Below, piece after piece: positions 37,482 through 50,542 of a stretch of DNA of 64,000 nucleotides. The notes under the pieces were generated by a model that worked only from the letters and a program-made list of their open reading frames with translations, searched no databases and had not been told where the DNA came from. Position 1 is the stretch's first letter. Every line of letters starts with the position of its first letter. The DNA is from Parasitella parasitica NRRL 2501 (lineage: Eukaryota > Fungi > Mucoromycota). The translations under genes and the position numbers were made by a program. The stretch spans positions 166,253 to 230,252 of the forward strand of contig MU619264.1 in assembly GCA_025201805.1 (NCBI GenBank), written 5' to 3'.

Positions 37482-39816
37482 ATGGAAGTGGAAAAGAAAA
37501 TCGCTTCTGTCTTTGAGTCAACAGAAACATTTGGTGGCAACAGTGATTCATCTGTCGAGAAAGCTACTATCCACGAAGTGGATCCCATTGAAGATTCGCC
37601 CATTGAGGAAGTCAGATCCAGTATCCCGCCTACAGATGATCCCACATTACCCACAGCAACATCAAGGGCCTGGTTTTGGGGTATTGTTTTCTCTGCAGCC
37701 ATCTCATTTTCCAACCAGGTAATGTGTGTTTGTCGGATATTCGATCACATAGCTATGTGCTGACCAGATTATTAACGTTGGCATTTTATATGTTTAGTTT
37801 TTCTGGTTCCGTGCTAATCCGCTGACCATCAAGGTCATTGTCGTACAGTTGCTTGCTTTTCCTGCTGGTAGATTGTCTGAGAAGATTCTTCCCAATTATA
37901 GAGTACCATTAGGCCGCTTTAGTTTCAATCTGAATCCTGGTAAATTCAGCGTAAAGGAACATGTGTTGATCACTGTCATGGCAAATGCGGCTGCTACATC
38001 GTTTGATGCTATCGATATTATTGTAGTGCAAAAGTTGTACTATAACCAAGATTGGGGTTTCGGCGGCGGTATTCTCTTGGTGCTGACTACTAGTCTGTTG
38101 GGGTTCGGTTTTGCTGGTGTGTTGCGTCGGTTCCTTGTGCGTCCTGCTGCCATGGTTTGGCCCATCAACCTGGTCAATGCCACTCTTTTCCATACCTTGC
38201 ACAAGGAAGTCCCCAAGGACGTCCAAGATGCTGAAGCGCTTCATCCTGGCTTGAGAATGAGCCGTAACAAATTTTTTGTAATTGCATTTGTGGCCTCATT
38301 CTGCTGGTACTTTTTCCCTGGCTACATTATACCGGTTTTAACATCTGTTTCCTGGATTTGCTGGATTAAACCTGACAATGTCCTTGTTTCTCAAATCGGT
38401 AGTGGTATTAATGGCCTTGGTATTGGCAGTTTCACTCTCGACTGGAGCCAACTTGCTGCATGGTATCCTAGCCCTCTTGCTATTCCTTGGGTTGTTCAGG
38501 CTAATATGTTTGCTGGATTTGTCTTTTTTATTTGGATCTTGGTCCCCATCATCTATTACACTGACACATGGGAGAGCAAAAAATTCCCCTTTTACAACAC
38601 AAATCAATACGATATTTGGGGAGCTCAGTATAACCGTAGTCGCGTGCTCACTCCTGACCAATATCTGGACGATGAAGCATATCTTAGTTACTCCCCTATT
38701 CGTATCACTGGTTTCTTTGCTATCTGCTATGGCCAGGGTTTAGCTGCGTTGGGTGCTATCATTACTCATACAATCTTGTATAACGGCAAAGATATTTGGA
38801 ATCGCATCAAGAGCGCCCGTCAGGCTGATGATGATATCCACGCCAAGCTGATGGATCAATACAAGGAAGTTCCTGACTGGTGGTATTTTGCGTTGTTTGT
38901 GTGTGCTCTCGGTGCTAGTTTTGCCACGATCGTCTGCTATCCTTCTGATATGCCTTGGTGGGCTCTGATTATTGCTGTTGTGCTTGCCTTTGTCTGGCTT
39001 CTGCCCATTGGTATTATTACTGCCATTACATCCCAAGCTCCCACTATATCCATGATTACTGAATGGGTCTATGGTGCTATTCGTCCTGGTCATCCCATTG
39101 GTAATATGATCTTCAAGACATATGGCTATATCACTGTCCGTCAGGCCCTTTTGTTTGCTCAGGATTTGAAGCTTGGTCATTATATGAAGATTCCTCCTCG
39201 CGAAATGTTCTCTTTCCAAATTGTTGGTACAATCATTGCGTCCTTTGTTTCTCTTGGTACGACCAATTATTTGCTAAACTCCATTCCTGATATTTGCACT
39301 CGTGCTGCTTATCCTTGGACATGTCCCAATGCTGGTCTCTTTGGCGCCTCTTCTGTGATTTGGGGTCTTATAGGTCCTGGTAAATTCTTCGACTCGTCCT
39401 CTCTGTATGCAGGCCTCCCCTATTTCTTGCTTGCTGGTTTTCTTCTTCCCATACCCATCTGGCTTTTGTCTAAGAAGTTTCCCAATACTTGGGTGGCAAA
39501 GATCTCTGTTCCAGTCTTCATGCTAGGTCCCACTCCTTATCCTCCTGCTCCTACCAATGTTGCCCCATGCTGGACCTTTGTCGGCTTCATCTTCAACCAT
39601 GTTATCAAAAAGAGAGCCAATGCTTGGTGGAAAAAATACAACTACGTCCTATCTGCAGCGCTAGATTCAGGTGTCGCTATCTGTGCCATTGTTATCTTTT
39701 TTGCGTTCCAGAACACTGAAATCAAATTCCCTGCTTGGTGGGGTAACAATGCTGATTCCGTAGATCAATGTCCTTTGGCTATGGCCAATTGGACGGGTGT
39801 TGATGTCTACGCCTAA
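37482..39816 (+). CDS. OPT-family oligopeptide transporter
   Basis: Exons 37482-37718 and 37798-39816. SPIEEVR...DDP, NQFFWFR, NPGKFSVKEH, DIHAKLM..YKEVPDWWY, QDLKLGHYMKIPPR and WWKKYNYVLSAALDSG. Confidence 0.97.
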
Positions 39817-40444
39817 AATCCCATTATATAGTGTTTATTCATTAGCATATCTTATAATATATTTGTATTTTTATACCCACAAACACGCTACGTATTAGCA
39901 CCTTACGCTATTAATCTAATAAACGAACATTGTTCAATTTACAAAATGGCTTGATTGTGTCTCGCTTGTTTGGCGTTGCGGGGCAGCTTAGGCTATTTGC
40001 CCTTCTGGAAAATATTGTGGTGAAAAAGGTCTAGATTCCCTTTTTCTGATAATTTATACTTTTTTGTGTGCATTCGCCTATCTTGCGAAGATTCAGAGTG
40101 TGATTTTATACAAAGCATATTGAAAGAAGAAGAGGAGGAAGCTCAATTTACGGCATGCTAAATACTAAATACGCAGATACCCGGAAAGCAAGAAGGCTGC
40201 ATAAAACATCGCATACATTTCTCACATATCTACAGGGAGAAATATAGCGGTATAATGAGCGGCAAATAGGGAGCCACTAAACTGTTGTAGCGTGTGTTAT
40301 GCACAAAGTAGCCACGTATCAAAACACATGTAAACAATAGAAATAATGCAATGATATAATCTTGGGCAATAGGCATCAGTGTGTGTAGCAAATTGTTGTT
40401 GGAGAGCAACACGTGATGGGATGGTGCATAAGGGCATAGATGTA

Positions 40445-40653
40445 CACCTTTTGTGGAAATAATTGGCACACCCAGTGAAAAAAATGGCACACTTTTAATT
40501 TTTTATATGGCACACTTTTAATTGGCACACCTCAATTAGTACGTATATTTTGTATTATAAAATATAGGTGTGCCAATTAAAAGTGTGCCATATAAAAAAT
40601 TAAAAGTGTGCCATTTTTTTCACTGGGTGTGCCAATTATTTCCACAAAAGGTG
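40445..40653. mobile_element. 209-bp MITE with perfect 88-bp TIRs and TA target-site duplication (Tc1/mariner-type)
   Basis: 40445-40532 is the reverse complement of 40566-40653, with a 33-bp AT-rich spacer. TA at 40443-40444 and 40654-40655. TGGCACAC occurs four times per arm. Confidence 0.92.
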
Positions 40654-41113
40654 TATTCAAGTATACAGAAAGATCCACATGTAGTATAGCAGTACTGGAT
40701 GAACTAGCTCATGCAGTACATTCGGAATACATTACATATTTCTTGGCTTTTTATATGCGTTTCAAGCTTGTGTTTAAAAAATCTTCTTTTGTTTTCTTTT
40801 GATGTATCACAAGGTGCCGATGGCATTTTTGATACCCTTCTTCTTGTACATCACCGTAAAGTATATCAGTCATTTTCAGCCCGGTTTAAAATCCTGAGTT
40901 TAATTGATTTATATAATAATGATGTTAAATAAATAAGATGTTAAGGTATATATGCTCTTTCAATGCGAGAGGTATGAATGCAACAAAGAAGGGAGGCTAT
41001 TTACAAATACATACAAGAAAAAAAAAACGGCGTAAAAAAAAGACGCAGTAGATGGTAATATTGACTGTTGAAAAGATATCATAATAAAACAGCATCACTT
41101 GAGCTCCATTTCT

Positions 41114-41751
41114 TTAAACCATACTCATCAGCTCAAGCTCAAGAGATTCCTGGTGTTCTTCAACAAATCTGTCCATTTCTGAGATATCAACGTATAAATC
41201 AAACTATTAAATTATTGTCAGGACATTTTATTCTATCGCACATTTGTGTATATTTATGTATAACTACCTTCAATACACCCAAAAAGCTACGTTCCATTTC
41301 ATTCAGTTCTCTTGACGTATAAAGTGGGGACACAATGCGATAGATCGACACTGCATGGGAAGCATAATCCTCGATGTACTTTGTAGCTACAATCATGGCG
41401 GCCAAGAATAATTTGTATGGGGTATCATATTCTACTTGACATGTTAGCCATCATCTGATTCAATTTTAAATCAAGATTTATTTTACCTCCTTGAGCTTGA
41501 TCAGGCAAGTTTCTCTTGAGACGTTCAAGGTAAATGAGGCCAATCACCAAGACAGTAGGTGTAAGGCGGCATTTTTGGTAGACTAACTTGATAAATGTAG
41601 GTAGTTCAGGCAACAACATGTGCTGGTAATATCTGCGTTCTTTTGAGCACTGGACTAAATCGTCTATATTTGAAACCATATATGAAAGTAAAGGCTCAGG
41701 ACTTGATCTAAATGTCAAAGTTTGGGAGGTAGTTTCAGTGACCATCATCAT
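41114..41751 (-). CDS. PCL/Pho80-like cyclin (single cyclin box)
   Basis: Exons 41751-41487, 41431-41268, 41203-41114. LPELPTFI...VLVIGLIYLERLKRNLP...YKLFLAAMIVATKYIED...ELNEMERSFLGVLKFDLYV. Confidence 0.9.
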
Positions 41752-42131
41752 TTTGATTAGTTGCTATTTGTGGTAAAGTAATGGAGGTATATAAAAAAAA
41801 AAAAGTAATAATGTAATAGAATGATGATGAAAAAAAAAAAAGAGGGAAAATATACCAGAAGTAGACCCTATTTATACATGAAAAATCAAGGCTTCGGTTC
41901 AAAAAGAATCCTCAAACAAACAAAACAAGTTAATGATCCAAGTTTAGACATATTTTCTCCATTATTTATGAAACGTGAAAGGTGATTATACTCCAAGCGA
42001 GATCATTTGATAAGGGGTCTGTCGACATTTGATTATATGAGATATTAACCATCAAAAATAACCCGGTTCTATTTTCTTTCTTTTCAGCTACAGATATTAA
42101 ACCGACTGTATGCCGTATTTTACAGAGTAAG

Positions 42132-42182
42132 GATGATGCTGATGATGCTGATGATGCTGATGCTGATGCTGATGCTGATGAT
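42132..42182. repeat. Compound microsatellite (GATGATGCT)3(GATGCT)n
   Basis: Directly visible tandem repeat. Confidence 0.95.
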
Positions 42183-42546
42183 CGTTTAATTTTAATAATA
42201 ATTGTTGTATTGAATTAACACGAGCGTAGTGCGTGTAGAATTACCATAGGATTTTTGCTTTTTTTCAGGCACATACATCTAAACAAATAAAAAATGTTTG
42301 TTTTGCAGAATATTATGCACCTACATCGGAAGGCCTTCTTATCAACTTGTTTCATGTACAGTGTATCTCGCTTTTCGTTTCGAATAGTAGTGGGGTGGGA
42401 CGAAGATCTCTCTTTTCATATAATGCGGGTATTTAATAGTTGAAATTTTGTCTGGTAAAATTAGCGATGAGTCAGTATTCATGAAAAAAAGATTTTCCAT
42501 TTCCACCCCCTTGACTCTTGGCAACCATCTTTAAAACATCAAAAAA

Positions 42547-43928
42547 ATGCATACGCTTGTACAGCAACTCGAGGACACTTTAAAAAAACGACGACAAATA
42601 TCCAAGATCCGTAGATTAGTTGTAAATCCACCTAATGCCATTGATTTTAGCTCAAATGATTTTTTGGGTTTATCGCATAGCAACCATTTCAAGGCTGCTT
42701 ACCTCAAGGAACTGCACCAATTGCCCACCATATTGGGTTCAACTGGCTCAAGACTACTAGATGGAAACTCTGCCTATTGTGAGCAACTGGAGAAGAAAAT
42801 TGCCGACTTTCACAATAGCGAATCTGCCTTGATTTTCAATTCAGGATTCGATGCCAATGCCGGTTTATTCAGCACAGTTCCCCAACGTGGAGATATTATT
42901 GTGTACGACGAATTGATTCATGCCAGTGTCCACGAAGGAATGCGGATGTCTCGTGCAGCCAAATGTTTGCCTTTTCTTCACTCCAATGTCGCGGATTTTG
43001 AGCGCATTATTCAGTGGGCTGTTGTTCAGTATCCAGGCAAGAATGTTTTTATCGCTGTGGAGACTGTGTATTCTATGGATGGTGATATTGCCCCGTTAAA
43101 TGAATTAATAGCTGTGCTTCGAAAATTTTGGCCTCTTAAAGAAAACGGGTATATCATTGTGGATGAGGTGAGTATTTGACAGCTTTCAAAACAGAATTGT
43201 ATCAGTAATTTAAAAACCAGGCACATAGCACAGGTGTTTATGGGCACCAAGGGCGAGGCATTATTTCGCAATTGGGCTTAGAAAAGGAGGTTTTTGCGAG
43301 GTTGCATACTTTTGGTAAAGCATTGGCGAGTAATGGAGGCATGTATAAACTAGTAGAGCGTAGATCTATGACCATATCTGATCAACAGCCTCTATTTAGC
43401 TGCTATTCTTGGGTCTGAAATCCTTCGACAATATTTGATCAACTATGCCAGGCCGCTAATTTATTCAACTTTTATGTCGTATAGCTCATTAGCTTCTATA
43501 AAATGCGCTTATAGTGTGCTCGAGAATGAAGAAACTATACTGGTAAGAGACAGATGGTAGCCATGGCGTAAAGCAAAATGATTAAAAATGATTCATAGAT
43601 TCAAAAACATGTACATGATATCACCCAACGTTTCAGGGACACTATTCGCTTACCCTCAGGAACACTTCTGCCATCATCCAGTCCTATTCAAGGAGTTGTG
43701 TTAAACGGCAATGCGCCTGTTCGGGCGTTAGCAGGTTACTTGAACAAAAAGGGGTTCATTGTAAAGCCTATTTGTTCACCAACAGTGCCCATTGGACAAG
43801 AGCGTGTTAGAATATGTCTTCATGGACACAACACCATGGACCAAGTCGACAGTTTAGTCGAGGAAATACATTTGTTCTTTCGAATCAGCCCTTCATCATC
43901 ACCAGTAGACGAAACGGCGAAACTCTAA
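42547..43928 (+). CDS. bioF: 8-amino-7-oxononanoate synthase (biotin biosynthesis, PLP-dependent)
   Basis: Four exons. DFSSNDFLGL, GSTGSRLLDGN, FNSGFDAN, YDELIHAS, ETVYSMDGD, VDEAHSTG, HTFGKAL (PLP lysine), LINYARPLIYST and PTVPIGQERVRICLH. Confidence 0.95.
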
Positions 43929-46094
43929 TAAAGTTACGCATAGTTTGGACAAATATGGACGCAATTGTACAACAGCATAAATATACACTTTCCCTCTCCC
44001 ACTGCTCTGCGCACCCAGTCGGTCCAGTCCGGCTCTTGGATACTTTGGTACTTTGCATGAAACAGCCATCCTTATAATAAATTATTGCCAACATTTTCTA
44101 ATTTGATACTCACGTAATATATGTCTCCTTGGTTATCTGAATCAAAGTATAAATATTTACCTTTATAACAAGATAATGTTGTATACTTTTATGGAATTTA
44201 ACCACAAAATTTGATGGGCGATACGAAAAAATCAAGTTTTGGCATTTTCCAAACAAAAAAGAAAGCAGGGATCCGACTGGGTGTTAGATGATAAGCTATC
44301 ATATATGATGTATTCAGCAGACTGATTCAGTGTTATACTATGCCTCTGCATGCATGCATATATATGCCCGCGCTGTTTGTGTGTATGCCTGGAATATACC
44401 ATTTAGAAGATCAACTAGTGTTGGATCTCCAGGAATACATGTACATGATCAGACATGCACATATATACTATATAGTTCATTTTTTTGTATGAGAGAAACG
44501 ACAGAAAGAATGGTGGTTTCACTGCATATACATTCAAGTGTAATCTTTTTCACATACCACGTTTTGTGAATAAATGCATGTAATGTTAATGCTCTTTAAT
44601 GCAATAGATTTTGAGCTAGTTTGAAACGTGGACATGCACCAAGGGAGATTATGGTGATCATATTATCTCTCTCTCTCTCTCTTTCTTTCTCTTTTCACCA
44701 TTATCTAATTGTTAGGTAATGCAGATATGCATATACAATAGGGCTTTGAGGTTCGATATCAGTTCATCACGCAAATAAACAAGCCCATTCAAATTCAGCG
44801 TTTTTAAAAAGTAGAATACTGACTTTTTTGGATATTATTTACACAGGATTATAAATAAACAGCAAGCAAATATAAACAAACATGGATGATGGAATGGATA
44901 TGTATAATACTCTTTTCTCGTATCACTTTCACACTACTTTTTTTGTTATTGTACAGGAAAAGAATTTTCTATTCTTCCTTGTATCTATTGTACGTTTGCA
45001 GTGCATAAAAATTGGTGCCATAATAAGGGAGAGCATCTATTGATACTTTAACATTTTACAAAAATAATCTTCCTGTGGGAACGTGGTGGATTGCGCTAAT
45101 GATCAACAGGCAAATAGTTGAGATGGATGATACAAATAACATTATTCTAAACATGAATAAAGAGTTGAATCACATTGTCGTTATTAAATAAGTGCCACTA
45201 TTTGTATGTATACATAATTAAAAACCATAGATAGATAGAGACATTTTTTATGTATACAAAACCTTTAAGTACGACAACACATGCTAAATTGTTTTATATA
45301 AATGTCTCGTCTTTTATGAGGTATATCATGTTATATAATATGCTCAGAAAGTCGTTTATCGCAACATATTCCTAATATATGATTGAAATTTATCGAGTAA
45401 GAATATGATTTTACGTTTTTGAAGGGTGTTTTATTTCACATCGCTACAAGATGCCAGAGAGCACTTAAGCATGGTGTTAAAAGATATAATAAATTTTAAA
45501 TATACATAATACAGGACAATAGCTAACAAGGTAGCATTTTATACTTATAGAGAGAGTGGTAAGCAAATGTTTAGTGAGCCGATAGAATAAAACTACTATA
45601 TTGTAGGTGCAATAGCAACAAACTGAAAATAAGAAAGTTTAAAAATGGCAGCTTCAAAAAAGCGTTATATCTTACACAAAGCTAAGCTGTATATGCTACA
45701 AATCGTAACTAAATATATGTTAACGATCATTTATATAATAAGTCTTGAACAGGTTATGAAAATGAATGATCAGAATTAGCTGAAATTTTTATCGTTTCAT
45801 CTATCTTGTAATAACCTGTAACTAGGCATTACATCAGCAGTGTTCACATTGGTCACTAAATTATTTAAGTACGCTAATAATACCAAAGATAAATGAACAT
45901 TAGTGAATCCACCTGTCCTTTTCCCAATATCATATATTTTATCTGATAAATATATATCCTTGCCATCATTATCCTTAGTTTACCCAGCCTGAGCTTAAGA
46001 CCCAGAACAAAATAGGTACAATTATAGATGCTGATTCCTTTATACAATTAATACGTTTAAAGAAGAATTTCATTAAATAAAAAAAATAATTAAA

Positions 46095-47347
46095 ATGACT
46101 GTGAGCGCATAGCATTTTTCATCTGCTGCATTGCCCTAGTCAGATCGCGTAGTTTATATGAAAGAAAAACCTTCCCAAAAGACAATAAGGAAAAAGAAAA
46201 AAGTATAAAAGCATTTAGAAAAAATAGAGAGATTTAGAAACAGAGCAAAGAGACATTAACACTTTTACACGAGCAACCAATTCACCATAGAGGCGCCAGG
46301 ATCTTGTGGGGTAGGAGGAGGGACTTGTTCATGGAATAAATGATTCATTTCATGCATGATCCTGCAGATTTCAGGCCAATGAACCGGCCACGGAAAGGCT
46401 TCTTGGGGATTTCGTGGTTTGTTTGGAGGTAGATGATTCAATAAATATGATAGCGGACCATCAACTGATAGAGGCATTTGTAGTCGACTGTGCATATGAA
46501 GACAATCGATAGCATGTTTGCGAGTAAAGTTTTCGAAAGGATGGTATATACAGGGACTAGGAATACCACCAGGCAACCAACCAAGGCGCCAACGGAGGAC
46601 TTGACTACCTTCAATATTTGTCATCGGCGAGAAGAGAATTGGGTCTATAATCATTTCTGGGCGGCAAGCAGATATCAATTTGGAGTTTGTGCCAGTGCAA
46701 AGGGTTTCAAAGCTATCTTCAAGAAACTTTTGTTTGAGGCTTTTGAAAGTACGTGGGCCAGGATCATCAATAATCGGAGCGCATTCTTTCCATAGTGGAT
46801 TGCTAGTCAATTTGTACCAATTCGAATGGCTGGCCGAGGTTTGGATATGTGGAAGTAATAGCTGAAGTAGTGTATCATCGGGCAAATCAAGAGAGCGAAT
46901 CATATATTTAGTTTGGAGGATCCTAGACCTATCTGTCATTGATGGCTGTTGTACCAGATGCAACACGACTTTTGTAGAAGATTTAAGAGAACCACCGAAA
47001 ATGCGACGAATACATTCATTTTGACAAGCTTCAAGTTTTTTGAAATGTCCACGATTTAGTGCACTTATAGCAAGACCATATTCCATTTGAGAACAAATCA
47101 TTTGAACATAAAAACAGACTGAAAGTAATCGACTAAACCCTTTGGAATTGACACCAATTGCTGCAATTTGGTTCATAGCTTTCCTGGCTTTCAAAGTATT
47201 GTTATTGACAAGAGCAGAAACATCTACATAGCCTCCTGGTTTGAGGGGGATTCCAAGGTATGAGAAACAAGCTTCTCGGGGTAGTGGTGTATTATAGAGA
47301 GAATATGGCTGTTTATTTAGATTTATACAGGTAAAGTGTCTGAACAA
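46095..47347 (-). mobile_element. 5'-truncated reverse-transcriptase retroelement fragment (non-LTR type, family distinct from the 34.8-kb element)
   Basis: ORF 47347-46265 begins at the end of the RT domain (FSYLGIP) and continues through thumb-like QMEYGLAI...LEACQNECIRRIFGG to a C-terminal LRWRLGWLPGG...CIYH...HAIDCLHMH. A T-rich 3' trailer follows. Confidence 0.8.
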
Positions 47348-47726
47348 TTTTTTTACTTTGTCTAAAACTAACTTTCTTTTCGTCTGATTTCCATTTCCAT
47401 TTCATAAGGTAAGCATATGATCTGAATTTAAATCTCCATTTGTCCACAAAAAAAATAGCATCTGTTTAGTCATGAAGTTATTGCTCAAGTAATGAAATTT
47501 GAAAAGGATTTATATACTACAAGTCAAGATATCAGGTAATACAAGTATGATATAGCTAAATTGACATCTCTTCTCACATGCAGATGAATATAAATGCCTT
47601 GTAAATATCAATGTATATTTGTACGATTCTCATCCATTAAATTAATTATGCTCATAAAACGCTTAACCTACATAATCAAGCAAACAAGTATTCTATAATT
47701 TAAGCAAAAACGTCCCATTACTGATT

Positions 47727-49459
47727 TTATTTTTGGAATGAGATGTTGATATGTGATTCACCCATTTGAAACCTAAACAAGTATATTAACATCAAATTAT
47801 CATTTGTATGCCGTTGGACCTTACCTGTTGTATTTTCTTCTGAAAGTAACAGCCGACTCGACACTCGAGAATGTAACCGTTGCCGAATTAACACTTGAAT
47901 CCAAATTGATATCATGTGCACCTCCATTGATTTCATTCGTCATGGCTCGTATATCTTGTTCTTTTGTATCTTTGCTCAAGCCCTTGATGATGAGTATGTT
48001 TGATTTGCCATTGGTGACAATAGGCAAGACTGGCGTTGCTGTAGTTAAAGCAGAGGAGTTCTTGTTGGGAACAGTAGCTGCCCTGGATACAGCAGAGTTA
48101 CCTGAATTACCTAAACGAGTTGTGATACTTGGCTTTTCATACGGCTTTCTATCAAACGGTGTTGTACTTTTTCTGTCGTAAGGTGATAATTCCCGTCTTT
48201 CATTTGGTGGCTGATATGGAATGTTTTTGGGCGGTAGGTTATTATTGCGGGCAGCAGCAGCGACGCCTTTAATTGTGATTCCACCAGCAGAAGACGAAGT
48301 AAATCTTTCCTGTCGTTTTGCTGCTCGATTCTCATAATTGCTATCTTCAGACCTGGGGCGCTTTTCTCCACTCTAATGGTTGACAGTTAATAAATAGCAC
48401 AAAAAAATGAATCTTTGCAACTTTTTTACCTCGCCGTTCTTTTGTTCCTGTTTCTTTCGCATAATTTCAGTAGCTTCTCGACGTTTTTGGTCCACTCTTT
48501 GCTGCTCTTGTTGCTGAAGCTGCATTTGCCTTTGCATAAGAAGCATGCGCTGAGCCTCCATTTCCATGAACCGTTGTTGCTGTTGCTGTTGCAATTGCAT
48601 CTGTTGCGACGCTCCACCAGCACCTTTGTTGAATTTTGGATTAACGTAGATACGGTTCGAGAATGGCGGATATTGTGGGAACATGTTACTATTAAAAAAT
48701 GAATACCCAAGAGGAATAAACAGCATAAATACATCATAATGAAAAGAGTAAATGTCAAAAGTAAGATGTATAAAGTCAATGTAACAATGTTGGCCTTTTT
48801 TTTTTTTCTCTTTTTTTCTCTTTTTTTCTCTTTTTTTCTCTTTTTTTTCTCTCATATATATTTTCAATAGTTGCACAGCTACGTATATATTAGTAATAAA
48901 AAAAAATTAAAAAAAAAAAAAAAAAAAAAAGAAAATGGTGAGGGTTAGAGAGGGGGTGGGGAATAGCGAAGCGCGTCAAAAAGACAACAGAGGATACAGA
49001 CGGTAAAAGAAAAAAGAATAAAATTAATACTAAAACCTACTTCATTGGGATTGGCTTTTGATTGTAAAATCCATTACGATTGTATGCATTAAACTTGTAG
49101 TTGTTGTTGTACTTGCTAAAGTTTGGTTGCTGTTGAGGTTGTCGCTGTGCGAATACTGGCTTCTTTGGCACAGATTTAACGTCGTTGGGTGTTTCTCCTT
49201 CTTCTAGGTTATTATTTACAGTTTTTTCTTCTTGTTTCTCGACTAATGTAGTCGTGTCTGATGTTAGAGTTGATGCTGGAGCTATTTCTTTAGAAGTCTG
49301 TTTTTCTTGCTCTCCTTTTTCAACTTGGGTCAACGTAGATGCGTTTTCATCGCGAAGCTCCTTTTCCAACGCTTCCAATTCTTCGTTTGTAAGCTCTGGT
49401 CCATCGATGTCTCCCAAATCTCCAAAGTCTTCAAAATCTAACTCGTCATCAGGTAGCAT
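47727..49459 (-). CDS. RRM-containing RNA-binding protein, RBM33-like architecture
   Basis: Exons 49459-49041, 48688-48430, 48372-~47825, ~47772-47727 splice in frame. Acidic N-terminus (DDELDFEDFGD), IYVNPKF motif, Q-rich coiled coil (DQKRREATEIMRKKQ) and C-terminal RRM (ILIIKGLS...ATVTFSSVESAVTFRRKYNR...INISF). Confidence 0.75.
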
Positions 49460-50542
49460 TGTTTGTATATATAAGTTTTCTTGAAGGTGAAAAAGGGGAG
49501 AAACCGAAAAAAAGAATAGAAAGAGAAATATATACTGAAAATGAGCCTGGAAAACGAGTGACCATACAATTGATTGGACTGCAGTTGTTTACGTCAAATT
49601 AAACAGAGCTTGTTAAGGAATGAAATGCCATGCTACTTATCACGGTACCTTTTCATTGTCATGGGAGTTGAATATATTTTCGACAAGACTCGACATCCCA
49701 TTGATTAATATTCGTCTTGTAGCTGCAATCTGAGACGTCCACAATGAAGGGGTGCTAATAAAGAGAACGGGGGTGGTAATTAGCACTGTTGTATTGCACA
49801 CAGTTACAAAGGGCTGTTTTTCCAAGTTTGATACACAAAGAGGCGCCCATGTATTTTTTGCACTGTATATACACACAAGGATCCATTAAGCCCTAGTCCT
49901 CGTCAAATAAATAAATGTTAAATGACGATAACATCAAGATTCATCATGCTCATATCGTTTATGTTAACCGTGCTTTCCACCGAAATTTCAACTCAGGTTT
50001 AAGCAGACTTGTTTTCAAAGTACATATGTTTGTACAATTCTCGGACCAAGAGAACTGTGAACATTAATATTGCTGATACACGAAAAAGCTTATAATTCTA
50101 AATAGATTTAGATATTTTTTCTTATGGTTTTTTATTTAAATGAAAAATCATAATACAATATAACATGTTGCAGAGGTTGATTTCAATGGACCATAGACAA
50201 TATCAACTAGCAACATATATATATATGTATATATAAACGAAAAGCATAAAATGGGAGGAAGAAATGTATATATTCAAAGGATTCCATGTTGACTGAAACT
50301 GTTATAGTTAATGTGAGTGAGAATATATTCCAAACATAAAGTGAGGGTGGTACATGACAAGTTACAATTCAACTATATAAAATAGCCAAATAGAATCATC
50401 ATCAAATGAGAGTTTTTTTTTGTTTTTTGTTTGTTGTTAATTTTGCTAGTTTTTTTTTGTTTTTTCTTTTTTTAAGAGAGGTTGTATATGTGAAGGAAGA
50501 AATGATTCTTGTTTTACATTTTTTGGAGTTTTAATGATTCTT

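Noticed and set aside
40230-40802. Two ORFs starting with an identical MPFFSLGVPIISTKGV
   Set aside because: Artefact of the MITE inverted repeats read on opposite strands.
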